A stretch of 64,000 nucleotides of DNA from Planctomycetota bacterium (GTDB taxonomy: Bacteria; Planctomycetota; B15-G4; SIAN01). Shown here piece after piece: positions 36,236-45,736 of this stretch (position 1 is the stretch's first letter; each line of letters begins with the position of its first letter). A program made the translations under genes and the position numbers. Under the pieces are notes generated by a model. The model was not told the DNA's origin and made no database searches. It saw nothing but the letters and a program-made list of their open reading frames with translations. Location: assembly GCA_031409275.1 (NCBI GenBank), contig JANNXA010000007.1, forward strand, positions 68,770 to 132,769, read 5' to 3'.

Positions 36236-38791
36236 TCAAGGAGGCTTCTCCTGCGGCAACGCCGCGAGCTTCGCCTGAATCTCATCGGCGAGCTCGCGGC
36301 GACCGGCCGCCTCCGCGGCCAGCAGTTCGAGCCCGAACTGCTTGCGCTGCGCACGATCCGGCAGCGGACCAGCGACCTCGCGCTCCGTCCGATCGGCCGC
36401 GAGGAACTCGACCGCTTCGGCGGCCCGGCCGAGCTTCACGAGCGAGAGCACCAGTTCGCGTCGCGCGCGCGACGCCGGCGGCGTGTCGGCGCCGTAGGAA
36501 TCGCGCAGCACGGGATAGCAGGCTTGAGCGAGCGGCAGCGCCTCCTCGAACCGGCCGAGCTTGACGAGGATCTCCGCGAGCTGGTTCGCGAACTGCTGCG
36601 TCAAGGCGCTCGCGTCGCCGTCCAGGCGACGGTTCGCGGCAAGCGCGATCTCCTGCGCGCTGCGTGCTTCGTCGAGCCGCTCCGCGTCCATCAGCATCCC
36701 GGCGTGGTTGTGGAGCGTGTTGATCGTCAGGCTGTGATCGTCGCCGAGCGTCCGGCGCAGCTCCGCGACGGCGTGCTCGCTGTCGCGCAGCGCCGCATCG
36801 AGCTGCCCCGCCTCCTTCTCGAGCTGCGGCAGCGTCGCGTGCGTCATGAGCGTGTCGAGGTCGGTCACCCCGAACGCGGCGCGCCGCGCCTCGAGCGTCC
36901 GGCGCATCAGGGTCGCCGCCTCCTCCGCGGCGCCCGAATCGGCGAGCGCGAGCGAGAGGTTGTGGGCGATCGTCCACGTGATGCGATGGTGTTCGCCGAG
37001 CTTCTCGCGGCTCTCGGCGAACGCCGCGCGCATCCCGGCGACCACGCTTGCACCCTCTCCCGTCTGCTGAAGGCACGACCACAAGGTCTGGCGCACGTTC
37101 AGGACCAGCTCGGGATCGGGATCCTTCACTCCGGCCAGTCGGGCGAGCGCGTCCTCCGCGACGACTCGCGCCTCCTCTTCACGTCGCGCGGCGACGAGCG
37201 CGGCGCAGAGATCGAGCAGGCTCGTCACGGACTCTGAGCTCAGGCGTCCGTACCGTTCATCGCACCACTTTCGCACCGACTCGAGGAGCTCGATCGCTGC
37301 CGCATGCTGTCCGAGCCCGGCAAAGCACGTCGCGAGCGTCCGCTCGAGCGACACGCGCACCGCTGGCCGGCCGGCGTACTTCATCGTCAGCTCGCGCCGC
37401 GCTTTGTCGAGCAGGTCGACGACCTTCACCTCTTTGCCGTCGATGCCGGGGTCGGCGGCCGAGAGCATCTGCCGGACGAAGTCGTTGTGCTCGTTCGCGG
37501 CGTCCAGTGAATCGAGCGCCTCGCGGTTTGCCTTTTCGAGGCGAGCGTTCACGCCGCGCTGCTGCAGCCAGAGAGCCGTCGGCGTGCCGACGACGAACAG
37601 GAACGCGCATGCGACGGCGACGGTCGCCATCGTGTGGCGCCGCACGAAGCGGACGGAGCGCTGCGCTGCGCCGATCGGGCGCGCATGCACCGGGCGGAAC
37701 TCGAGGAAGCGGCGCAGGTCGGCGGCGAGATCGGCGGCGGTCGCGTAGCGGCGCGCGCGATCGCGTTCGAGCGCCATCAAACCGATCGTCTCGAGATCGC
37801 GCGGGAGCTGCGGGTTGTGCTTCCGCGGCGCGAGCGGCGCGTCGCGCTGGATCGCGCGCAGGATGTCCGGCGTCGTCGCGCCATTGAACGGGACAGCGAG
37901 CGTCAGCAGTTCGTAGAGCGTCGCGCCGAGCGACCAGACGTCGCTCTGCGCGTCCACCTGCGCGAGGTCGCCGGCCGCCTGCTCGGGCGAGACGTAGTGC
38001 GCCGTCCCCATGAAGTCGCCGCTGCACGTCAGCGACGCCTCGCTCTCGACGCTCGCGAGGCCGAAGTCGAAAAGGAGTGCCCGCCCATCGGGCCGCACCA
38101 TCACGTTCGACGGCTTCACGTCGCGGTGGACGACGCCGTTCGCGTGCGCGTGGGCGAGCGCGTCGGCGATTTCCGCGACGAGGCGCGCAATCCCGGCGAC
38201 GTAGGACGGCTCGCGGACCGGCGCACCGGCGCCAAACGCGGCCGCCGCGAAGTCGGCGCCGGTCAGGCTTTCGCATGGACGATCGAGCGCGCGCAGCGCG
38301 GCGAGCACGGCGGCGAGCGTCCGTCCTTCGACCCACTCCATCGCGAACCACGGTGTCCCGTCGTCCTCACCGATCTCGTAGATCGGGACGATGCTCGGAT
38401 GGCGCAGCCGCGCGACCGCGCGCGCCTCGCGCTCGAATCGATCGCGCGCGCGGCCGCTCGATTGCCAGCGGCCGGGGAGGATCTTCAGCGCGACGCGGCG
38501 CGCGAGCGCCGGCTGCTCGGCGAGGAAGACGGCGCCCATGCCGCCGCGGCCGATCTCCGCGACGATCTCGAAGCCGCCGATGCGACGGCGCGTGAGCGGC
38601 CGGCGGACCGCGACCTTCTCGGCAAGTTGCCAGGTCTGCTCGATCGCGGCGCGCAGCTCGGGGCGATCGGGCGCCACCGCGGCGAGGTCGACGGCGCGGC
38701 CCGCCGCGATCGCCTCGACGAATTCGCCGAGCAGGCGATCGAGCAGTTCGGAAGCGCCCGGGTCGGGCGGCGGCGTGATGGGCTCGCTCAT
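36236..38791 (-). CDS. Hanks-type Ser/Thr protein kinase with TM helix and C-terminal TPR repeats
   Basis: GRGGMGAV, ALK, HRDVKPSN, DFGLA, GTAHYVSPEQ, DVWSLG; TM; LG.HH..T TPR repeats. Confidence 0.93.
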   Translation of the reverse strand: MSEPITPPPDPGASELLDRLLGEFVEAIAAGRAVDLAAVAPDRPELRAAIEQTWQLAEKVAVRRPLTRRRIGGFEIVAEIGRGGMGAVFLAEQPALARRVALKILPGRWQSSGRARDRFEREARAVARLRHPSIVPIYEIGEDDGTPWFAMEWVEGRTLAAVLAALRALDRPCESLTGADFAAAAFGAGAPVREPSYVAGIARLVAEIADALAHAHANGVVHRDVKPSNVMVRPDGRALLFDFGLASVESEASLTCSGDFMGTAHYVSPEQAAGDLAQVDAQSDVWSLGATLYELLTLAVPFNGATTPDILRAIQRDAPLAPRKHNPQLPRDLETIGLMALERDRARRYATAADLAADLRRFLEFRPVHARPIGAAQRSVRFVRRHTMATVAVACAFLFVVGTPTALWLQQRGVNARLEKANREALDSLDAANEHNDFVRQMLSAADPGIDGKEVKVVDLLDKARRELTMKYAGRPAVRVSLERTLATCFAGLGQHAAAIELLESVRKWCDERYGRLSSESVTSLLDLCAALVAARREEEARVVAEDALARLAGVKDPDPELVLNVRQTLWSCLQQTGEGASVVAGMRAAFAESREKLGEHHRITWTIAHNLSLALADSGAAEEAATLMRRTLEARRAAFGVTDLDTLMTHATLPQLEKEAGQLDAALRDSEHAVAELRRTLGDDHSLTINTLHNHAGMLMDAERLDEARSAQEIALAANRRLDGDASALTQQFANQLAEILVKLGRFEEALPLAQACYPVLRDSYGADTPPASRARRELVLSLVKLGRAAEAVEFLAADRTEREVAGPLPDRAQRKQFGLELLAAEAAGRRELADEIQAKLAALPQEKPP

Positions 38792-38795
38792 CGTG

Positions 38796-39440
38796 TCAGG
38801 TCGCGCCACGCTGCTGCGTCGCCTTCGTGCGCAGCACCTCGAGCGCCTGCGCGTAGAGCGTTGAGCCTTTGCGGAAACGGTACCACGCAGCGGAAAGGCC
38901 GATCGAGAGCTCGGCCGCGATCTGCTCCATCGGCTTCTCCTCGAATAGGTAGAGCCGCACGACCGGCTCGATCTCTTCAGGCAGCGAAGCGAGCGCGTCG
39001 GCCATCACCTGTGCTCGCTCGCGCTGGATCGCGATACGGCTTGGCGTCGTCGAGCCGGCCGGCAGTCGCTGCGAGAAGGGACGGTCGTCGCCGTCGTCGA
39101 GATCGCTGAAGGCGGACATCTGTCTCGCTCCGCCGCGCTTGCCGGCCGTCGCGCGCCGCGCGAGGTCGGTGAGGCGGTTGCGCGCGATCGTGAGGATCCA
39201 GGCGCGATAGGCGCGGACCCCCTCCCAGCGATGCTGTTCGCGATCGCGCCAGGCGAGGGCGAGCGTCTCCTGGAAGACGTCCTCCTCGGAGACGAAGCTC
39301 GCGAGTTGCTTGCTCATCCCGCGTCGAAAGATGACCAGCAGCGAATCGGGGCCGATCGCCTCGACGAGCCGATCCCACTGAGCGGCGTCACAATGCGGCG
39401 CAACGCCGCTGAAGTCCTGGGAGTCACTAGGTTCCGTCAT
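38796..39440 (-). CDS. ECF RNA polymerase sigma factor (kinase-associated type)
   Basis: EDVFQET, RAWILTIARNRLTD, STTPS, region 4 EQIAAELSIG; directly upstream of the kinase. Confidence 0.88.
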   Translation of the reverse strand: MTEPSDSQDFSGVAPHCDAAQWDRLVEAIGPDSLLVIFRRGMSKQLASFVSEEDVFQETLALAWRDREQHRWEGVRAYRAWILTIARNRLTDLARRATAGKRGGARQMSAFSDLDDGDDRPFSQRLPAGSTTPSRIAIQRERAQVMADALASLPEEIEPVVRLYLFEEKPMEQIAAELSIGLSAAWYRFRKGSTLYAQALEVLRTKATQQRGAT

Positions 39441-39777
39441 CGTGCTCGCCGGGCTCCGAATGCGCGTGGTGCGCGAGAGGAGATGCGAAGCCTCGCCACT
39501 TTGCGGGTCGAATCGCGCTTCTGGAAGACCGCGGAGGCTGGCGAATGGTACGCGCGAGCGCGCGAGGACCTCGCCATCCTCGGATTCTCTGAAGCGGCCG
39601 CGATCGGAAGCACTCCGCATCGTCCTCGAATGTCGTGACCTGCGCGGCGCGTCGCTGCCGCCACTTCGACTGCCACGCCGGCAGAGGTCCGCCCCGAGAT
39701 CTGCGCCATCCGCGGTGAGCGGCACGTGGCGATGATGGGTCCGCTCGCGCGATGGGGCGCGAATGGGAGGTCGATCG

Positions 39778-40143
39778 ATGGACGAGGTGACCCGGCGACA
39801 GGCATTGGGGACGTTGGTGGCCTTGGGGACGGTGGGAATCGCTCCGAGCGTCGTCGCGCCTGCGACCGCGGTCGCGGCTCAGGACGCGGCGAGCGAGTCG
39901 CCGCACCGCTGGAGCGACAGCGAGTTGCGCGACCGGCGCAACTGCGTCGACGCCGGCATGAGCGAGGCGGAGGCCGATTGCTGGGAGCTGTTCGTACGCG
40001 CCGGCGCCGCGTTCTTCGCGCTGCCGAAGCTCCATCCGGCCGCCGATGCAGAGTTCGCCGCCGCGATGCACGTGATCCAGAAGGAGCTCTTGAGCCGGCC
40101 GACCTACCGGCGCTACCTCGAAGTTTCGCGCGGAGCAAAGTAG
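39778..40143 (+). CDS. small hypothetical protein with Tat-like signal peptide
   Basis: GGGAGG RBS; TRRQAL twin-arginine motif, h-region, AVAA-Q; two Cys; LPKLHP..HVIQ..LLSRPTYR. Confidence 0.7.
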   Translation: MDEVTRRQALGTLVALGTVGIAPSVVAPATAVAAQDAASESPHRWSDSELRDRRNCVDAGMSEAEADCWELFVRAGAAFFALPKLHPAADAEFAAAMHVIQKELLSRPTYRRYLEVSRGAK

Positions 40144-40548
40144 GCAAAGGATGGTGAATCGCGCGACCCATCGCGCGGTCGCGCTGAGGCGACGCGTCGT
40201 CGTTGCGCGCGGGCGATTCCCACCGCCCGGCGCCGCTGACCGGTGCCGCGAAGTCCTTGCTCCGCAGTCAGGCCGTGGAACTCAATGAGCCGCGATTGGA
40301 CTGTGGGATACAGCAACCCGCGAACGCGAAGCGCTGTTCGACGCGGTGCTTGTCTCATCGGCGCGCTTCACGCCCGACGGCCGATCGGTGGTCGCCGTGG
40401 GGGGAAGCAGAGCCTGCGTTCAACCTGGCGGTGAGCCGGTCGACTGGTGTTTTTGGGGGCAGGTCATTCGGTCGATTCTGCCATGCGATCAGACGCGAGG
40501 TGGCGCTTCGGTGGCGCCGCTCGGTCGCAGCCGACGCGCGCCATCCGA

Positions 40549-41313
40549 CTAACCGTTCCCCGCCTTGTGGCCGATCACGTAGCCGACTTGAACCGATCCG
40601 AACGTGATCACGGTCAGCAGGAGCGAGACGATCCCCTGGACGAACCGCGCATCCAGGCCGGCATCGCGCAGGGTGGCGGCGTATTGCCTGATGTGGCGCA
40701 CGTCCACGATCAGCACGCGTCCGCCGGACCTGAGCACCCGCGCGATCTCGCGTACGGCGGTTTGCCGCTCGCCGGCGTTGTAGATGTTGTGCAACGCCAT
40801 GCTCGAGAGGACGACGTCGAAGCTCGCGTCGTCGAATGGCAGCTTGCGTGCATCGCCGGTGTGCACCTCGACCTTGTCGGCCACGCCTTCGATCGTGGCG
40901 TTTCGAAGTGTCCCCGCAGCGTTGTTGCCGCTGAGATCCTCTTGCTGCCATTTGTCGATTCCGACCGCGCGGCCGGTGGAGAGCCGCTTGGCGGCGCCAA
41001 TCAGGAACAGTCCAAGACCGCACCCCACATCCAGCACGCGCTCATCACCGCGCCAGGCGATCTTGTCGAGGTACTTTTCGCGCTCGCGCACCTTGCTGAA
41101 CTTGCTGTCGTAGATCATCCACACGCCCATCGCGCCGCAGGTCAGGCCGGCCGAGATCAATGGCAACGCGATCACCGCGATGAGGTCTTCCTTTGACCAC
41201 AGGCCGAGCAGCCGCGTGATCAGCGAGATCACCCCGAGCCCCGCCACGATCAGCAGGTTGCGCACCGCGGTTGGCGCATCGATTCCGTAGTTGGGGGCGC
41301 GAACGTCTTTCAT
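40549..41313 (-). CDS. membrane-anchored class I SAM-dependent methyltransferase
   Basis: YGIDAP, 2 TM, VLDVGCGLG, GDARKLPF..FDVV, EIARVLRSGG. Confidence 0.9.
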   Translation of the reverse strand: MKDVRAPNYGIDAPTAVRNLLIVAGLGVISLITRLLGLWSKEDLIAVIALPLISAGLTCGAMGVWMIYDSKFSKVREREKYLDKIAWRGDERVLDVGCGLGLFLIGAAKRLSTGRAVGIDKWQQEDLSGNNAAGTLRNATIEGVADKVEVHTGDARKLPFDDASFDVVLSSMALHNIYNAGERQTAVREIARVLRSGGRVLIVDVRHIRQYAATLRDAGLDARFVQGIVSLLLTVITFGSVQVGYVIGHKAGNG

Positions 41314-41422
41314 GGTGCGGCGGAATCTAATCAGCGGCCGCAGCGATGACAGCAACTTCATGCCGAGCGATGGGTGCTGCGACGTCGAGCCGTTCTCGCT
41401 GCACGCCACCATCCACGATCGC

Positions 41423-41684
41423 ATGCCGGTTGTCGTGCTGATCGGACCGGCGGCCGTACGGGGCAACCTTCCGCTTCCCGCTTCCGTGCGGCCGCATGGC
41501 GTGCATTCGCACCAAACGCGACGTTGCGCCGGATGGGACCGACTTCATCGGCGTCGGCTTCGCGCCAGACATCGAAGTCGTGCCCACCGTCGCTGCCGCA
41601 CGCGCGGGCCGTGACGAAATGCTCGAGCGCGCCGTCGCGTGGCTCTGCCCGCCACGGTTCCCGTTCACGGCCGATTGCTCATGA
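41423..41684 (+). pseudogene. C-terminal remnant of an S41 family peptidase
   Basis: PVVVLIGP, TGQP and TKRD..PDG..FIGVG..PDIEV.PT....AGRD.MLE.A spread over different frames. Confidence 0.55.
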
Positions 41685-43407
41685 GCGCCAGCGAACCAAC
41701 ACGCCCCTTCTCGTGGAGCGTGAGGCCGCGCGCGCGCAGGTGCTCGAAGATCTTGGTCTCGCCGATGAGCCAGACGCGAGTCGGGCCGCTCCAGGCGGCA
41801 GCAAGTGCGTCGCGCGTGGCGAGCCATGGATGGTCGGGGAGCAGCTCGGCGTTCACCTCGTCGGGCTTCGGTGGGAGCGGGACGTCGCGCGGGCGCACTT
41901 CGACGAAGTGGCCGACGCCAAGCTCGCGGCAACGATCGACGATGTGCAGGCGCTCGCCGATGGCGTCATAGAGCAGGTACTCCTGCACCGCGCGCTCCTG
42001 GATGTAGATCGGCTCGTCGGGCTTGCGCTCGCCGGCGAGAGCGGCGATGGCCGGCCGCGGGTCGAGCTCGGGCACGATCGCGGTGACGCTCGGCAGCACG
42101 CTGCAGATGAAGAGCGTCGTGCCCGCCGCGAGCGCTGCGAGGCCCGCGAGCAGGCGCCGCCGCATCGCGAGCACGAGCGCTGCGAGGAACGCCACGGACG
42201 CGACGGCACCTCCGATGTAGAGCGCCGGTTGCGGCACGATCCGCGTCTGGAGCTCCTGCAGGCGACCGGGCAGGTCGCCGGGTTGCAGCAGCAGCAGCCC
42301 GCACACGCCGCCGATCGCGACGAGGATGGTCGCGGCAGCGGCGACGACCGTGGCGTTGGCGAGCCGCGAGCGCCGCGCGTCCCATCCGACGAGGACGTCG
42401 TACCCGAGCAGCGCGAACGCAGGAAAGAGCGGCAGCGTGTAGGCGCTGAGCTTCGAAGTCGACACCGACAGGAAGAGGAGCGGGAAGAGGGCGACCGCCG
42501 TGAGGAAGAGCCCGATGCGCTGCGGATCGCGGCGCGAACGCACCTCGCGCACGCCGCCGATCAGCGCGCCCGGCAGCAGCAGCAGCGACGCCGGCGCGAG
42601 CGTGAGCAGCAGCGACGGCGCGTAGTACCACCACGCGCCTTCGTGGTGGACCGATTGGTCGAAGAAGCCCTGGAAGTTGCAGCGAACGTAGAAGTACCAG
42701 AGCAGACGCGGATCGCGCTGCGCGACGAGGAGCGTCAGCGGCAGGTTGAGCGCGAGCACGATCGCCATTCCCGAGACCGGGCCGATCTCCTTCGCGAGCC
42801 GCAGGGCGCCGCGCCAGCCGCCGGCGAGCAGTGCGTAACCGCCGAGCGCGAGGGCCGGCATCACCAGCGCGATCGGCCCCTTGGCAAGCGTCCCGACGCC
42901 GAGCGCGAGCCAGAAGCAGATGCGCCAGCGCGTGGCGCGCGCCTCCTCCCAACGCAGGAACGCCCACCACGCGACGGCGATGCAGGCGGCGAGGATCGCG
43001 TCGGTCGTCAGCGTCGTCATCATCACGAGGATCGAGCCGCAGGTCGCGAGGAGCAGCGCGGCTCCCAGCCCGAACTCGCGGCTGCGCCAGCGTGCGCCGA
43101 TCGCGTAGGTCGCGAGCAGGACGACCAGGATCGCAAGGCCGCCTGGAAGCTGAGCCGCGACCCATGAATCGCCGAACGCGACGCGCGAGAGCGCGCCGAG
43201 CCAGAAAGTGAGCTGGGGCTTCTCGAAGTAGGGGACGTGGCCGAGGTGCGGGACGATCCAGTCGCCGCCCTCCGCCATCTCCTGCGCTGCGCGCACGTAG
43301 CGCGACGAACTCCCGAGCGCTGGATGGTGACCGCTCGTCATCACGACGGCGGTGACGAGCGCCGCCAGCGTCATGAGCGGCGCGCGCGCGAATTCCTTCA
43401 GGCTCAT
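41665..43407 (-). CDS. ArnT/GT39-like membrane glycosyltransferase
   Basis: RY..AAQEM...GDWIVP...PYFEKP, LAKGP, H....WYY, SKL.AY.LP.FP; many TM helices. Confidence 0.88.
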   Translation of the reverse strand: MSLKEFARAPLMTLAALVTAVVMTSGHHPALGSSSRYVRAAQEMAEGGDWIVPHLGHVPYFEKPQLTFWLGALSRVAFGDSWVAAQLPGGLAILVVLLATYAIGARWRSREFGLGAALLLATCGSILVMMTTLTTDAILAACIAVAWWAFLRWEEARATRWRICFWLALGVGTLAKGPIALVMPALALGGYALLAGGWRGALRLAKEIGPVSGMAIVLALNLPLTLLVAQRDPRLLWYFYVRCNFQGFFDQSVHHEGAWWYYAPSLLLTLAPASLLLLPGALIGGVREVRSRRDPQRIGLFLTAVALFPLLFLSVSTSKLSAYTLPLFPAFALLGYDVLVGWDARRSRLANATVVAAAATILVAIGGVCGLLLLQPGDLPGRLQELQTRIVPQPALYIGGAVASVAFLAALVLAMRRRLLAGLAALAAGTTLFICSVLPSVTAIVPELDPRPAIAALAGERKPDEPIYIQERAVQEYLLYDAIGERLHIVDRCRELGVGHFVEVRPRDVPLPPKPDEVNAELLPDHPWLATRDALAAAWSGPTRVWLIGETKIFEHLRARGLTLHEKGRVGSLALMSNRP

Positions 43408-43641
43408 GGAGCTCCCTTCTTCTCGCAAACCCGGATCGTCCGCACGTTCTAGACGACGCCCGTTGCCGTCAGGTCGCCCAAGTCGCTCGATCGCCATTGC
43501 GGCGCTCCACGAGCGGGTTGCCGGCCAGACGCCGGCCCCTTCACGATGTTGCGTCCGAGGTCTCCGCGCGCGCGTCGGCTGGCGAGTCGCGGCGCTTCGG
43601 ACGCAGTCGATTGTCAAACCCTGGGGGCTTCGGTGCGGAGG

Positions 43642-44853
43642 TCAGCGCCCGCCGGCCGATGGCGGTGCGGCCCGCTTTGCTTTGATTTCGGCGAGCAGTT
43701 CCTCGACCTTCTTCCCCAACTCGTCGTCGCGCAGGTCCTTCGCGCGGATCACTCCGTTCGCGTCCAGGACGAAGATCGTCGGCCATCCGTGGACGTTCCA
43801 GTTCGAGGCGATCGGACCGGTCGTGCCGCCGCCATCCCAGAACGAGCGCCAGGTGATCCTCTCGCTTGCCATCGCCTTGCGCAGCGTCTCCTTCGGATCA
43901 CTGTTGACGCCGACCAGTGCGAAGGGCTCGTCCTTCAGCTTCTCCACGAGCGACCGCTCGTGCGGGATCATTGCCCGGCATGGGCCTCACCAGAATCCCC
44001 AGAAGTCGAGCACCACGACCTTCCCGCGGTAGTCCGAGAGCTTGAAAGCGACGCCGTCGACGTCCCATCCGACGATGTCGGGCGCGACCTTGCCGACCGC
44101 GAGGTGGCGCAGCGCGTAGAGCTCGCTCTCGACGGTCGTCCCCAGCGGCTTGCCGTTTCGCTTGAGCTGCTTCCATTCGGCCAGCACGTCTTCGAGGAGG
44201 TCCTCCGACTCCGCGCCGAGCTCCTCCGGGTCGCGCGCTTTCAGGTCGTCGATCGTCTCCTGACCGTAGTGCATCGCGTTCGCAGCGTCGCCGGCCGGCG
44301 GTGACGGCGATGAGTGGATGGAGGCCGCGAGTTCCGCAAGCCCGCTCAGCACCTGTGCCAGCGAATAAGTCGCCTGCCCCTTCGTCTCCCAATCGGCGCT
44401 CTTCGCGAGGACCGCGCGCAGGAAACGCTCGGCACCGAGCGATCGAGAGTAGAGGGTCATCGCGCTCACGGCGCCGATCACCCTGGGATCGGCGGCGTGG
44501 TCCTCGAGCAGTGCGTAGGCCGGCGCCTTCTGGCGCTCGTTCTCGCCGTGCAGCAGGATCCAGGAACAGGCGTCGATCGCGGCCGGAGTCCCCTTCGCTG
44601 GGGCGAGAAGCGCGAGGAAGCGCGGGATGTACTCGGGGATCTTCGGCATGTCGGCGCTGAAGATCCGCTGGCGCTCCTCGTCCGTGGTTGCGGCGGCGTA
44701 CTTCTGCTCGAAGGCGGCGCGCGCCGTGTCGTACTCCTTGACGAGCGCGGCGACCTGCGCCGAGACATCGGTCGTTGCCGACGATGGCGACGCCGCCGGC
44801 GATGGCTGGCGAATCGGCGCGACGAGCGCCAGGAGCAGGATCCAAGCGTGCAT
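43642..44853 (-). CDS. second exported TlpA/thioredoxin-like selenoprotein (UGPC; Sec at residue 289), 403 aa
   Basis: ORFs 43987..44868 and 43642..43971 share a frame and are joined by TGA 43987-43989: DFWGFW-TGA-GPCRAMIPHERSLV; signal peptide. Confidence 0.88.
43945..43962 (-). promoter_or_regulatory. putative SECIS hairpin, identical to 17528..17545
   Basis: CACGAGC-GGTC-GCTCGTG at the same distance from the UGA. Confidence 0.75.
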
Positions 44854-45736
44854 GGGATCACCTTCCACGGAAAGGGGCGCCTACAAGACGGCGCCATTGT
44901 GACGGCGGACGACGGACTCTGCCAGAAAACGCATCAGCGCTTCATTGCGCCGGACCAGTACTCCGACGGTCCGAGCCAGCCGTAGCGGATGCCGTCGGTC
45001 GTGAAGCTCGGTGCGCTCGTAGCCGCCGTCGTCGCCGAGCACCGCGACGCCGTCGTAGAACCACGGCGCGCTTTCCCAAGAAAAGTAGGCGTCGATCGAG
45101 ACGGAGTAGAGATCGACGCTCGGCTCAGGCGGACCTCCGCCTCCCAAAGAGCCGCGTTGACACGTCGGCGCCACCGTCGCGATGACAAGCATCGCAAGGA
45201 AGTCGCGGGCAGCTCGGCGAGGCGGCGCGCTGCAGGCGTCGGTCGACGACTCATGCGCACTCCGGATCGAACCGTCGGCGTCGCGGGGTACTCCTAGAAC
45301 AAACCATGCCGAGTCGGCCCTGCGGCGAAGAGCGGTGGCGGCGGCCTCACCGGGCACACTTCACCGTGATCGCGCTCGATTCACTGCGGGGCCGACACCG
45401 TCCGGCTCAGGCGTTCGACCGTCGGTTTTCGGCGGAGCTGTTGCCTCGACGCCGAGCAAGCTGGAGAGACCCGGTCGCGCGATCGGGCGGCGAAGCGCGA
45501 CGCCGTTGCAACGCTCCGAACGAGAAGAAGGTGCCCTCGACCCCGCCGGTCGCGCTCACGGCGGCTCAGCGTTCTCCCTGACCCTTCCCGCGAAGGGAGC
45601 ACGGGGCAGGGTGCGGAACTCGGCTTGCAATGCTCAAGCGTTCCGATCCCGAGGGTCGATGTTTCGGGGCGTTTGGCCCCAATCGCGGCACCGAGCTGTC
45701 CCGATCGACCCAAGAACCCACTGGAGCCTTTGATGA

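Noticed and set aside
40346..40552. WD40-like fragment ARFTPDGRSVVAVG
   Set aside because: One short motif only
44881..45357. ORF upstream of selenoprotein 2
   Set aside because: Patchy composition with a possible frameshift; product cannot be supported
45560..45730. Possible cobalamin riboswitch upstream of the barrel gene
   Set aside because: Only scattered short matches; the conserved core order and B12 box are not recognisable. An Rfam scan would settle it
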